Shown here piece by piece: positions 30,463 to 43,762 of a stretch of DNA of 64,000 bases. The notes under the pieces were generated by a model, which was not told the DNA's origin, searched no databases, and saw only the letters and a program-made list of their open reading frames with translations. Within the stretch, counting starts at the first letter, position 1. Every line of letters starts with the position of its first letter. The translations under genes and the position numbers were made by a program. Source of the stretch: Eledone cirrhosa (Eukaryota); NCBI GenBank assembly GCA_964016885.1, contig OZ024743.1, positions 146,258,001 through 146,322,000 of the forward strand. Direction: 5' to 3'.

Positions 30463-33400
30463 TCATCATCATCATCATCAACGTTTAACGTCCGTGTTCC
30501 ACGCTTGCATGGGTTTGGACGGGGGTTTTCCCACTTGAGGCAAGAGTGATTGTCTTGCTTGCATAGGACTGTCTGGCGGGTTTTCTACAGCTGGATGCCC
30601 TTCCTAACACCAACCACATTTACAGTGTGGGGCTGGGAGGTTTTTACCGTGTTGCCTACACGGCCACATTACAGCGTAGACTGTGTGTTTTTTTGTCGTG
30701 ACACCTACACGATCTCATTTGTTTCGGACTGGATGTTGTGGCACCAACATAACTTTACATTGAAAGGGGCGGCATGGATTGGGTGGGGGTGGTGGGACGG
30801 GGGTGTATTTTGTTAGAGATGCCTACTGACTGTAGTAGGTTTTACTTTGTATTTAGGTAAGGTGGGTCTTCTCTATTACTGAGTACCGCCAAAGGTCTCG
30901 GTCCAGTGACATTGTCTTGGAGAGGTGTAAGTGTGTGAGGTCGGAATTCATCAGCTCGTCCCAGGTTTTTCTGGGTCTGCCTACTCCGTCGCTACCGTCT
31001 ATCTTTATTGCCCTGCACTTTGTTATACAGCTATCGTCTTTCATGCGCATCACGTGACCATACCAACGTAGCCTTCTCTCGAGTAAACAACATCTGATCC
31101 CTCTTATTTCTAATTTTTTCCTTAGTTCGTTTATGCTTTGCCGTTCACGTATATTACTATTACATATCCAGCGGAGCCTGCAAGCTTCGTTCCTCTCTAG
31201 TCTGCGTATATCCTCTGCACACAATGCCCAGGTCTCACTGCCATGCAACATTGCTGTTCGTATGCAGGCATTATACAGCCTGCCTTTCATTTTTAGGGAG
31301 AACCCTTTAGCGGCTAATAGTGGTATAAGCTCTCTGAACTTTTTCCATCCAGTTCTGACTCTAGCTACTGTACTTTCAGAGCACCCTCCCCCACTTCTGA
31401 TTTTGTCACCCAGGTAACGGAAGCTGTCCACTATTTCTATAGAACCCTCTGCGCAGTTGAAAGAGCTAGTATTTTGTGGGCACTTGCTGCTACTTGTTGC
31501 ACCAGAGCACCGGCCACATGTAAAATCTATGTTCTTAGTTAGCTTACCTGTGATCCCACTACATCTTTTATGCACCCATACTTTGCATTTGGGACATAAA
31601 ATGGAGTTTCTACCTACGCCTTTCCTACACACTGAGCATGGCCACTTCCCGGAAGGGACCGCCGCCTTATTTTCTTTCTTACAAACTAGAACTTTAGTCT
31701 TAGCCAGGTTAATTTTAAGGCCTTTTGATTCTAGGCCGTGCTTCCATGTTTGGAATTTCTTCTCTAGCTCGGCCATTGATTCAGCTAAGAGTGTTAGGTC
31801 ATCTGCGTATAGGAGTTCCCATGGGCAGCCGGTCTTGAACTCCTCTGTTATAGCCTGAAGGGCAATAATAAATAGTAGGGGGCTGAGAACAGAGCCCTGA
31901 TGGACGCCAACTTTTACGCTAAACTCTTCACTATATTCGTTGTTAATTCTAACCTTGCTGACTTTCTTTATACATGGCTTGTATAGCTCTCACAAGCCAT
32001 TCGTCAACACCTAGTTTTCTAACAGCCCACCAGATAATGGAACGGGGGACTCTGTCGAAGGCTTTCTCCAAGTCGACAAAGGCTAAGTATAGGGGTTTAC
32101 TTTTAGCTAGGTACTTCTCCTGTAGTTGTCGTACAATGAAAAGAGCGTCTGTGGTACTTTTGCCTGACACAAACCCGAACTGCATTTCATCTAGATCAAT
32201 TCTCTCTCTGATTAGTTGCGCTATTACTTTTTCCGTGACCTTCATGACCTGGTCGATTAATTTAATGCCTCTATAGTTACTCCTATCTAGGGCATCTCCT
32301 TTACCCTTATAACAGTTAACGATGATGCTGCTACGCCAGTCCTTCGGAACAACCCCATTCTGTACGACTTGGTTAACTATCCGGGTGACCATGGTGTGTC
32401 CCACCGTACCAGATGCCTTCAGCATCTCAGCAACTATTTCCGAAGGCCCAGCCGCCTTACCCGTCTTCATATCTTTGATTGCCTTACTTATTATACTACC
32501 CTCGACTAACACTGCTGGTCCCTCTATTGGGTCGATGTGGGGGAGACTGTCTTTCTCCCATTTATTCTCCTCATTTAGTAGCCTTTCGTAGTGACACTTC
32601 CAAGCTACCTTCTTATCAGCGTCGGTGATGGCAAGTACGCCGTCATCATTAAGTACACACTTCTCCCCGACAATATCACGGTTTTCCTTGACACATTGCC
32701 TAGCAATCGTGAACACCTCACGTTTTTGGTCCTCGCGTTGTAGAACATGCTTGAACTTTCTTTCCTCTGCTTCCCTTCTTGCGAAGTACACTTGTCTCCT
32801 AGCTTCCCTCCTGGCCACTTGATAGTCTTCTCTACTTCCCCCATCCCGCCATACTTTCCAAGCCTGCTTTTTGGCCTTAATTGACCCCTCCACCTTACTG
32901 TTCCACCACCATGTTACTCTCCTCCTGCCTACAGGCCTGCTCCAGCCACAGACTTCGTCTGCCGCCGTCAGCAGGTTTGCTTTCAGGAATTCCCACTGTT
33001 CCTCTATATTGTACGACTCTAATTGCTCTTCCTTACTGTCGAAAGCATCAAGTAGTATGCTTTTAAATTTATTTCTGGCTGTGGGGTCCTTTAGCTTCCA
33101 TATTTTTCTCCTGAGGATAGTCCTCTTCTGCTGTCTAGTACGTCTCGTCCTGACTATTAGGTCGCTAATTATCAGTCTATGTTGGGAGGTGCATTCTTCA
33201 TGGGGGAGGGATTTAGTGTTTACAACAGACACTCTGTCACGTCTTCTGGTAAGGATATAATCTACCTGGCTTGTGTGTTCCCCCGATCTATAGGTGATCA
33301 GGTGATTGTCACGTTTTTTGAAGTTAGTGTTACAGATAGTTAGGTTATTTGCGTCACAGAATTCCAGGATTCTGGAGCCTTCCTCATTTCTAGTACCAAA

Positions 33401-34690
33401 CTCATAGCCTCCATGGATTTCGTCGTAGCCGTCACAATGTTGTCCAACGTGACCATTTAGGTCGCCTGCAATAATTATATAGTCACTGTCGGTTATTTGG
33501 GAGGTAGTGAGCATCAGTGTCTCATAGAATCTGTCTTTTATAGTGCCGGGCAGTCCGGATTGGGGTGCGTACGCGGATATTACTGTCACCGTAGTTCTAT
33601 TGAGGACAAGTCTTATTTTAATTATTCTGTCGTTCACTCTATTTACGTCTATTATCTTATCTGCCCACTTTTCTGCTACTATGAATCCTACTCCACCCAG
33701 CCCATTGTCATTTCCCACCCAGAAAAGCTTATAGCATCGTTTTTTACCCACAATGAATCTAGCAGACCCACCCCTCCACCTGGTCTCTTGAATACAACAA
33801 ACATCGACCTCCTTACGTTCAAGCATTTCTACAACCTCGTTAGAGCGACCCTTTAAGGTGCCTACATTCATGGTACCAACTCTGAAGTTTTGAATTGCGT
33901 TTGGAGGGTGGGAGCGGCGGGGTGCGGGGGGGGGGGGGGGAGGAGGAGATGGGGTTATGTTAGCCATCCGCGGCCGAAACAAAGAGGAGTGCTCGCATTC
34001 TCGTCCACGAGGTGAATTTGTCTTTATCTTTGGCATTGTCGCTGAGCGTCCAGATTTTTCTCTCTTCAACTCTCCAGAATTCCGTAGTCCACCCATCCAT
34101 CCATCATATCGAAAGGCAACCAGGTAAGCGATAGAATATGCCTCTGGCTTATGATTGGTCCACGTAATAATAATGGTGGTGCGTGGGGGCGAGCGGGAGG
34201 GATGTTGAGTTGTTAGCGAGAAGGTAAGGTTTAAATAAGATCCTCGTATTTAACAAGCAATAACAAGAATACAAGATTTGTTTTGGAAAATACGACAGAA
34301 ATGCAGGAGGATTTATTTTGGAAATACGATAGAGTAGCGAGTAGCGAGGCAAATATTGGATTCGGGGAAGAGAAAATGCTATAGAATTGTCGGATGGGGT
34401 GGACTATGGAATTGAGTGGAGTGTAGAAATGGAAGAAAAATGTGTACATTACATTACATTATACCATGAAGAAAGCAGCCATGAATTTGGCGAATGTGAT
34501 TACTTGTAGGGTTTATCTTATATATATAGATAGAGAGAGAGAGATGGGGGGGGGGGGGGGCGGGAAGGGAGGTTTGGCCGCATAATGTAGAGTGGGATGA
34601 CTGACCGCGAACCCTCATGATGTAGGGGAGGGGGAGAAGATAGTAAGGAGCGGGAATTAAGAGTTTTAAATACGGTCCTCGAAATAACAA
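30463..34690 (-). mobile_element. Near full-length RTE-clade LINE (5' boundary uncertain, 34440-34690)
   Basis: APE + RT ORF, 3' UTR, (GAT)n tail at 30463-30479, embedded in (TA)n. Confidence 0.93.
30853..34096 (-). pseudogene. RTE ORF: APE endonuclease, RT and PHD finger; one 2-nt frameshift near 31962
   Basis: GTMNVGTL, CIQETRW, SAYAPQ, GDLNGHVG, QVDYIL, SQHR; NYRGIKL, QFGF, FVDLEKAFD, GVHQGSVLSP, YADD (about 31800). Comparison with 60001-60020 shows a missing CA. Confidence 0.93.
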
Positions 34691-34708
34691 ATATATTTAA
34701 AAAGAATA

Positions 34709-34800
34709 TATGCATATATATATATGTATATATATATATGTATATATATATATATGTATATATATATGTATATATATATAAATGTATATATGTATATATG

Positions 34801-34832
<32 letters not shown>

Positions 34833-35162
34833 TGTATATGTATATATATATGTATATGTATATATATATATATGTATATATGTATATATATATATGTATA
34901 TATATATATATGTATATATATAGATGTATATATATGTATGTATATATATGTATATGTATGTATGTATGTATATGTATGTATATATATGTATATATATGTA
35001 TGTATATATATGTATATATATATATATTTATATATATATATGTATATGTATATATATATATGTGTATATATATATGTGTATATGTATATATATATATGTG
35101 TATATATATATATGTATATATGTATATATGTATATGTATATATATATATGTATATATATATG

Positions 35163-35193
<31 letters not shown>

Positions 35194-35256
35194 GTATATA
35201 TATGTATATATATATATGTATATATATATGTATGTGTATATATATGTATGTGTATG

Positions 35257-35316
<60 letters not shown>

Positions 35317-35474
35317 TGTATATATATATATGTATGTATATGTATATATATGTATATATATGTATATATATATGTATATATATATATGTGTGTATATATA
35401 TATGCACATATATATATTGAAAATAAGACCAAATACAGTTAGTTGTATCATATATATATATATATATATATATA
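34709..35474. repeat. Degenerate (TA)n/(TATG)n array
   Basis: Directly visible. Confidence 0.97.
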
Positions 35475-35965
35475 CGTAGTTAAGAAAGCCACAACAATGC
35501 AGAGGGAAATCTCGAGGTAGGAAGTGAAAGATAGATAGGAAAAACAGGTGAAAGTGAAAATTGAGAGAGACAAAGATGAAAACAAAACAAAGGTAGAAGG
35601 GTTACCGTAGTGGAGATTTAATCCCAATATTTCGGGCTGACGCCCATCAACGGGGGAAAGTTCCAAAAGGGAGGGAACAGGCCAAGCGGAGAAAGTTGTG
35701 ATGTCGTTAAGACAGGAATGCCGTTCTTAACGACATCACAACTTTCTCCGCTTGGCCTGTTCCCTCCCTTTTGGAACTTTCCCCCGTTGATGGGCGTCAG
35801 CCCGAAATATTGGGATTAAATCTCCACTACGGTAACCCTTCTACCTTTGTTTTGTTTTCATCTTTGTCTCTCTCAATTTTCACTTTCACCTGTTTTTCCT
35901 ATCTATCTTTCACTTCCTACCTCGAGATTTCCCTCTGCATTGTTGTGGCTTTCTTAACTACGTAT
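35472..35965. repeat. 241-bp apparently perfect inverted repeat with 12-nt spacer
   Basis: Arms 35472-35712 and 35725-35965; the ORF track gives the same peptide on both strands. Confidence 0.95.
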
Positions 35966-36004
35966 TTTACACATTTCACAATGCTTCAAGCAAACTTTAA
36001 CACC

Positions 36005-36058
<54 letters not shown>

Positions 36059-36061
<3 letters not shown>

Positions 36062-36185
36062 TAAAATAACAGATTAAAGTTTAAGCAAAGAATCGCTCCT
36101 TTCACCCTTAACGGGATCTTCTGAAGATCCCGTTAAGGGTGTAAGCAGCGATTCTTTGCTTAAACTTTAATCTGTTATTTTAATA
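36059..36185. repeat. 63-bp-arm palindrome centred in CTGAAGA
   Basis: gggatcttc-t-gaagatccc; two arm mismatches. Confidence 0.9.
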
Positions 36186-36191
36186 CAGCTA

Positions 36192-36434
36192 GATGCCAAC
36201 ACCAACCTCATTTACAGTGAGTGGTAGATGCTTTTTTGCCGTGGCACCTCCACGACCACTTTGCAGTGGAATGATATGGACCCCAGTCCCTATCTCATTT
36301 CTAGAGCTGAGTAAACTGGAGCAATGTGAAATAAAGTGTCTTGCTAAAGGAAACAACACATCACCTGGTTTGAGGATTGAACTCACATCCTTTCGATTGC
36401 AAGGCCAATGCTCTAACCACTAAGCCATGTGTCT
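36192..36434 (-). mobile_element. tRNA-derived SINE family B (CORE-like body, RTE tail)
   Basis: B box gagttcaatcc; body gcaagacactttatttcacattgctccag; tail shared with the RTE 3' UTR. Confidence 0.85.
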
Positions 36435-36654
36435 CTATATATATATACTTTTCTCAACCTGATTAGTTCTATCGTTACTTTGGTATGTATTGTGTGTTAG
36501 TTTTGCCTACCACAATGTTCGATTTGTCAAGCTATTTAAACGTATGTTATTACTCTGAGGTCCTATCTTATCGAGTGCTTTGCTAACTCATCATTTCGTA
36601 TAAGTAGATCGAATTTACTTGCAAACTGCCAGAGATTCGATTTTACTGATTTCC

Positions 36655-36700
<46 letters not shown>

Positions 36701-36703
<3 letters not shown>

Positions 36704-37096
36704 TAAATCTACCAAAAGTTTACGGTAGTGTCCAATCCGTATGAAGAACTCAATGTAATCCGGATATCATGAAAAGAAAAGATGCATTCAAAAACTACTT
36801 TCGGTGAAAAATAAACGGAAAACAGAGTCAAGATAAATTATTAAAAAAATAATGAATAAACAAAGAAACAGTTCCTTATATTAAACAAAAAAAGTTCATT
36901 ATTTTACGATCGTTTCTAGGACATATATGTGTTAGAATTGGTATGCATATTCTATGGATCTATGTACAATATTTATACAAACTATCAGAGGGAATATACA
37001 TACCTTCACATACATATACAAACGATCGTAAAATAATGAACTTTTTTTGTTTAATATAAGGAACTGTTTCTTTGTTTATTCATTATTTTTTTAATA

Positions 37097-37101
<5 letters not shown>
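36701..37101. mobile_element. Penelope-like terminal module with ~83-bp inverted repeat
   Basis: Homologous to 5868-6200; arms 36833-36915 and 37019-37101. Confidence 0.7.
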
Positions 37102-37160
<59 letters not shown>

Positions 37161-37195
37161 TTATATATATTTATATACATATATATATATATATT

Positions 37196-37325
<130 letters not shown>

Positions 37326-37374
37326 TAATAGTATTTGGTTTTATTTTCAATGTAATATTTTCTCTATGAGTGTA

Positions 37375-37419
<45 letters not shown>

Positions 37420-37580
37420 TCTTCCTGCTATATCAAGCGTTAACCTAATGTATACCTTCCATATACTGTACCGATTGTGTTGTTATTTCTGTTTACCTTT
37501 TACATACATACATATATATATTTTAATCTATTGTAAAACTACATTCATTGAGTAATCAATGAACCATATTAATCTTTGGT

Positions 37581-37613
<33 letters not shown>

Positions 37614-37656
37614 GATAGATATATATACACACATATGTATACATACATGCATACAT

Positions 37657-37858
37657 ATAAGGGTAGGCTGAAAAGTTCATAAGCTGACTGTGAAGGAGTA
37701 ATGCTAAAGCTGTGAAATTTGCATGCATTAATTTCAACTCTTCTTAGTAATAACTGCAGTTTCTTTCAAGGGACTATGTTGAAAAATAAACCTCACTTGG
37801 TCATTCCATGAGAGTATCTTGTTCAGCCTATGAACTTTTCAGTCGACCCTTCCTTGTA
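37657..37858. mobile_element. mariner-type MITE
   Basis: TIR agggtaggctgaaaagttcata / tatgaacttttcagtcgaccct; second copy at 63270-63439. Confidence 0.8.
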
Positions 37859-37933
37859 CATACATACATCCATACATACATACATACATCCATACATACA
37901 TCCATACATACATACATACACTGATACATACAT

Positions 37934-38004
37934 TCTTTTACAACCTTGCCACCAGGAAGGTGGCCGGTCAAAAAAATATACTCGAAATTAAGAGAAAGAG
38001 AAAA
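37934..38004 (+). mobile_element. 3' UTR stub of the R4/Dong-like element in (CATA)n
   Basis: ttcttttacaaccttgccaccaggaaggtggccggtcaaaaaaa is the reverse complement of 43790-43835. Confidence 0.8.
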
Positions 38005-38217
38005 CATACATACATACATACACTGATACATACATACATACACTGATACATACATACATACATACATACATACATACATACATACACTGATATATATACA
38101 TACATACATACATACATACATACATACATACATACATACATACACTGATATATACATACATACATATATAACCTTTGCTAGCACGGAATGCGGATCTTAA
38201 AACGACGATGATGATAT

Positions 38218-38277
<60 letters not shown>

Positions 38278-38561
38278 GAGGAAGATAGAGACAGATAGAT
38301 AAATGCATATCTATGCCTTTCTCATCCTTCTTCATCTCAGTCTGTCACTTATCCATAGGGAATCTATAATTCACCTCTTTGAACACAAAGAGTAATGTGT
38401 GTATCACACCATTACCAGATTTACAAGTTTTATTAGCAGTTGTAAGATCCTTGCTTTTTTTTCTTCTCTACCCCAATCTACATGATGTGTTTACCATGTT
38501 TCCCTTTCTTAAGATATCATGCTTTATTTGTAAAGATTTCATACAATTCAAAGAGGGAACC

Positions 38562-38565
<4 letters not shown>

Positions 38566-38603
<38 letters not shown>

Positions 38604-39115
38604 ATGTATGTATGTATATGTATATGTATGTATATGTATGTATATATATATGTATGTATATATGTATATATATATATATGTATGTATGTATATGTATATA
38701 TATATATGTATGTATATGTATATATATATATGTATGTATGTATGTATGTATATATGTATGTATATGTATATATATATATGTATGTATATGTATATATATA
38801 TATGTATATATGTATATATATGTATGTATGTATATGTATATATATATATGTATGTATATGTATATGTATATATGTATGTATATGTATATATATATGTATG
38901 TATATATGTATATATATATATGTATGTATGTATATGTATATATATATATGTATGTATATGTATATATATATATGTATGTATATGTATATGTATATATGTA
39001 TGTATATGTATATATATGTATGTATATATGTATATATATATATATGTATGTATATATGTATATATATATATGTATATGTATATATATATATGTATATGTA
39101 TATATGTATATGTAT

Positions 39116-39146
<31 letters not shown>

Positions 39147-39636
39147 TATATATATGTATGTATGTATATGTATATATATATATATGTATGTATATGTATA
39201 TATATATATATGTATATGTATATATGTATGTATATGTATATATATATATGTATGTATATGTATATATATATTTGTATGTATATGTATATATATATATATG
39301 TATGTATGTATATGTATATATATATATATGTATATGTATATATGTATGTATATGTATATATATATATGTATGTATATGTATATATATATTTGTATGTATA
39401 TATGTATATATATATATATGTATGTATGTATATGTATATATATATATGTATGTATATGTATATATATGTATGTATATGTATATATATATATGTATGTATG
39501 TATATGTATATATATATATGTATGTATATGTATATATATATATGTATGTATATGTATATGTATATATGTATGTATATGTATATATATATATGTATGTATA
39601 TATGTATATATATATATGTATGTATATATATATATG

Positions 39637-39668
<32 letters not shown>

Positions 39669-39790
39669 TGTATGTATATGTATATATATATATATGTATG
39701 TATGTATATGACTCCCAAAGTATAACAATATATATATATATGTATATATATATGTATATACACACACATGTACACACATATAGATAGATA
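38566..39790. repeat. 1.2-kb (TA)n/(TATG)n/(TATATG)n array
   Basis: Directly visible. Confidence 0.97.
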
Positions 39791-39844
39791 TATTTATTTA
39801 TTTAATACTTTTTCACAGGGCCGTTTATACAACATTTGTTATTA

Positions 39845-39878
<34 letters not shown>

Positions 39879-40073
39879 GTGTATATAACTGTGTGGTGTG
39901 TGTAAGCGTGTAGTTTTGTATGTGTATATTAATATATCATGTGTTATAAATTATGCAGGTAAATGGTAAACATTAAAGAGTTCCATACATGCCTGTGGAG
40001 TTGAACTGTGTAGATTCGGTAAATGATTTATATATATAAAGGATGATGACATGATATTATATGTAAATGTGTG

Positions 40074-40105
<32 letters not shown>

Positions 40106-42759
40106 TATTATATGTATATATATGTTTATATATATATATATATATATATAAATATAAATGTTTATATATATATATATATAAATATAAATGTTTATATATA
40201 TATATAAGTATATGTGTGTATATATATGTATGTATATATATAAGTATATGTGTGTATATATATGTATGTATATATATATATACACACACATATATACGTG
40301 TGTGTGTGTCAGCGTGTGTATTTTATATGTATATATATATGTGTGTGTGTTTATAGGAAACATCTTTTCTTCCAAATATGTTATTTTGAAGATATGACTG
40401 TTATTGAATTATTTAATCTTTTTTATTAATGATTTTTTCATATTTACTTATTAATTCTTATTAGTTCACAACATTAATGTCCCTCAGTACATTAATGTTT
40501 CAAGATATTCTCTGTCTCATTTTAATGGAATGATGATAGTGATGTGTTATTGCTACATTTTGTAAGAGAGAGCAACAAGAGATCATACGTGTGATGAACT
40601 GATAAAATCATCATTGTTGGGTTAAAAATGTTTTAATGGTAAACTTTTGCTTCCTGTAATGTGTGTTGATATATAGCATGTATTTTGCTATTAATAAAGC
40701 TTCTATAGCTGTGGTTTTAGTATAACACATACACACACAGAGTTAATGTTGTCTACTGGACATAATTTTATTCAGAATTATAGCTCTCTCAGTCAGATTG
40801 ATTTTACTATAAGTGAAGAGCCCCATCTTTTCATAATGTTGTGAATGTTGCTCACAGAGTAGTGATGAAAAGCAAGGAGGAAGTTATAGTAGATTGGTGA
40901 GTATGTTGCGCATGTGTGGACAAACACAAGTACACACCATTTATTCACATCTGAGTCTGCTTGGGTCACTACACAGAATGTCTCGTTTCCATTCCTGAGA
41001 AACTTCTGCTAGTAACTCATGCATTCTGACCTTTCAATAAATGGTGTGTGTGTGTGTGTGACAAACTCTCCACTCTACTGCAATCTCTGCCGTGTGTTCT
41101 ACCATCACCCCAATTCCAGTAATGGATAGAAAACACCTGAATATAATATATATATATATATGTGTATGTGAGTGTGTGTGTGTGTATTGCCACCCAAAGG
41201 GTCAAGCGGACTCTTTAGTTGTGTCAAACACATTACAATCTCCCTAGTACCGGGGATCGGCATGATAAATGTGACCAGCTCACTCTGTAATGTTGTTGGT
41301 GATAGAAAAGGTCACCCAGCCATAGAAAGGCTGCAAAATAAAAGATAGGGAGGACTGTTCAGTTATGTCAACAGACTTGGTAATTTCCCTAGTTTTGGTA
41401 CCCTTGGTAGAGCACAGAAATGAGTGGAAGCAAAATGTTGGTTCCTAAGCACTCAGTAGAGTGTGGGAACGTATGTAAATAAGATGCTGGCCTGTGACTG
41501 TTTGAGTACTGACTTGGTCTGTCTAACCCTTGCTAACAGGAAAAACGAACGTTAAATGATGAAAATGATGAGGATTTATATATATAACTTTTCATTATTT
41601 TTTTTTGTTAGTAAGAACTGGACACCACTAGCCAAAACTTTACTTTAGTAAATGTAGTATCTGATGTATGATGTGTGCTGATGTTTGTCTACAAATTATT
41701 AATTTAATGTAGTTATTATGAATTTTATTTTAATTTTATATTTTACATATATATTTTACATATTTTCCAGGTGGTGGTATTAAGTTAGACATGGTCTGGG
41801 CCAAGGCCAATACTGGCCGAAACCTATCAAAGTTATCCAAGTTACATATGTATATGCATACATATATGCACACACAAACATATACACAGACATGAACGCT
41901 TTTACGTGGAGTCATGGATATTCTTATAAACATAAGTGTTCGCTTACATATGGGTATCTGTATGTGTGAGTATAATATATCCATCTATGTGATATGTATA
42001 TAAGATACAATTCAATTCATAATTCATACATTGTGTATAATTTCTTTAGAATCAAGAATTCTACCTAGAGTAGTCTCCCTTTAATATCATGCATTTATCT
42101 GCTGCTACGCTACAAAGTGTGACTTAAGTTTCTATATCAATTAGATTCAAACCTCTATTTTATTTATACATATATATCCATAGCTGATGACTGACTGTAT
42201 TGCTACTCTGAGTTTCAGGTTTGTGTGTTCCCTTGTATAAAAGCACATACATGAGAAACAACTTGTGAATTACAATTTCTTTGCTTGTTAATCTCAACTT
42301 TTCTTATTTTCAAACTACTTTTTCAAACAGTATTATTCATCTCAGTTAGGTACAAATAGACACCAGATAGAATGCCTTGTATTTCTTCTGGTTCTGCTTA
42401 CTGAGTTCAAATTATGCAGAAGCCAAATGTGTCTTCAGAATTAGTAAATAAAGTACCAGTCAAGTACTGGGTTGTTTTTTCCTTTCACCCTTTCTCTCAG
42501 AATCAGTTATGTTAAGAGGATACAATAAGAAAGAGATCCAGTTTGTTGTCAGATGTCACATCAGTTATATTTTAATGTGAATGTGTTAGAGAATAGTTCT
42601 ATTTCATATAAAGCTACAGCAGCCTCTATGCAGTCACGTAACCTGCTAGAAATAGCAGTCAATCTTCTTCATAGCACACTCCTAGAGTTTTAATTATGAA
42701 AAGTCATGGACTCTGTGAACAAAGATATGCAAAAAAAAAAGAAAATGTTACTCATATTG

Positions 42760-43020
42760 TGGAGGTGCGTGGCCTAGTGGTAAGTGTGGTGGACTTATGT
42801 TCTATTCTTGGGCTGGGTTGCGTTTTGTGTTCTTGACCAAAACATTTCTTTTCATGTTGCTCCAGTATGCGCAGCTGAAAATGAGTACCAGCAATAGATG
42901 AGGTTTAACTCTGCAATGGACTGGTGTCCTGTCCAGGGGGAAGTCTTTTACTCTCAGTTGATTCACGCCACAGAAACGAGGATAAACACTGGCCTAATGA
43001 GCCTTCTGGCTTAAGACAGA
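42760..43020 (+). mobile_element. Old tRNA-derived SINE with V-domain-like segment
   Basis: tggcctagtggt A box, CORE-like body, ctgcaatggactggtgtcctgtccagggg. Confidence 0.55.
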
Positions 43021-43100
43021 TTTTAGACTTAAACATATTAAATATGTTAACATTAACTTATCTATTCTTTTCTATGTAAATGTCTTCTCTGAGTAATATA

Positions 43101-43318
43101 CAAGGTGAGTCATAAGTAACCAGACAGTCAATGCATATTTATTTCAAGGTTCACAGATAATTTTTTGAACATTCGCTTATTTGTGTGTGATCAGCCATGG
43201 TTGTATTTTTTAACTACTTTTGTTTGATGTATTTATAATTTCATAATATATGACCAGATTTTTAGTAAATATCATTTGAATAAATGTTGGACCTCCCAGT
43301 AACTTATGACTCCCCATG
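43101..43318. mobile_element. Tc1-like MITE
   Basis: ta-caaggtgagtcataagt ... acttatgactccccatg-ta. Confidence 0.6.
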
Positions 43319-43762
43319 TATTTCCTAAATAATTCTAATTTTCTGCATCAACAAATGTACAGTCTTCTACATTTAATTAGTGATTCTTTTATCATTATTT
43401 TGCCAAACACAGCCAAGTCTATTGCTGATGAGGTTATAATAAGAAAGAAACATGCCCAGTGTTGTTTCCTGTACATTCTGAAATTGTTGAAATAATTTTA
43501 TTCATTGATTTGCAATTAAACTTGAATACACTGAAGCATCACAAACATATTTGTGTTCAGAAGTTCATATAACGCCCTCTGATTTACTTAAATTTAGTGA
43601 TTTTTGTATTAGAAATAATATTGAAATTGATTTATTGTAATCTAAAATTAGTATATCATTTTTATAGTGAAAGTATAAATGTATGTATGTATGTACGTAT
43701 GTATGTATGTATGTATGTATGTATGTATGCATGCATGCATGCATGCATGCATGTATGTATGT

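Noticed and set aside
31133-33856. Plus-strand ORFs over the RTE (and equivalents over the other LINEs)
   Set aside because: Antisense shadows of the retrotransposon ORFs.
40857-40895. Possible 39-nt micro-exon (cacag|SSDEKQGGSYSRL|gtgagt)
   Set aside because: Weak polypyrimidine tract, no recognisable homology and no partner exons; RNA-seq would be needed.
43421-43460. CTGATGA..GAAACATG motif (similar remnants at about 8112, 23090, 26290, 41800, 61782)
   Set aside because: Core or helices are too degenerate to call; at best decayed remnants.
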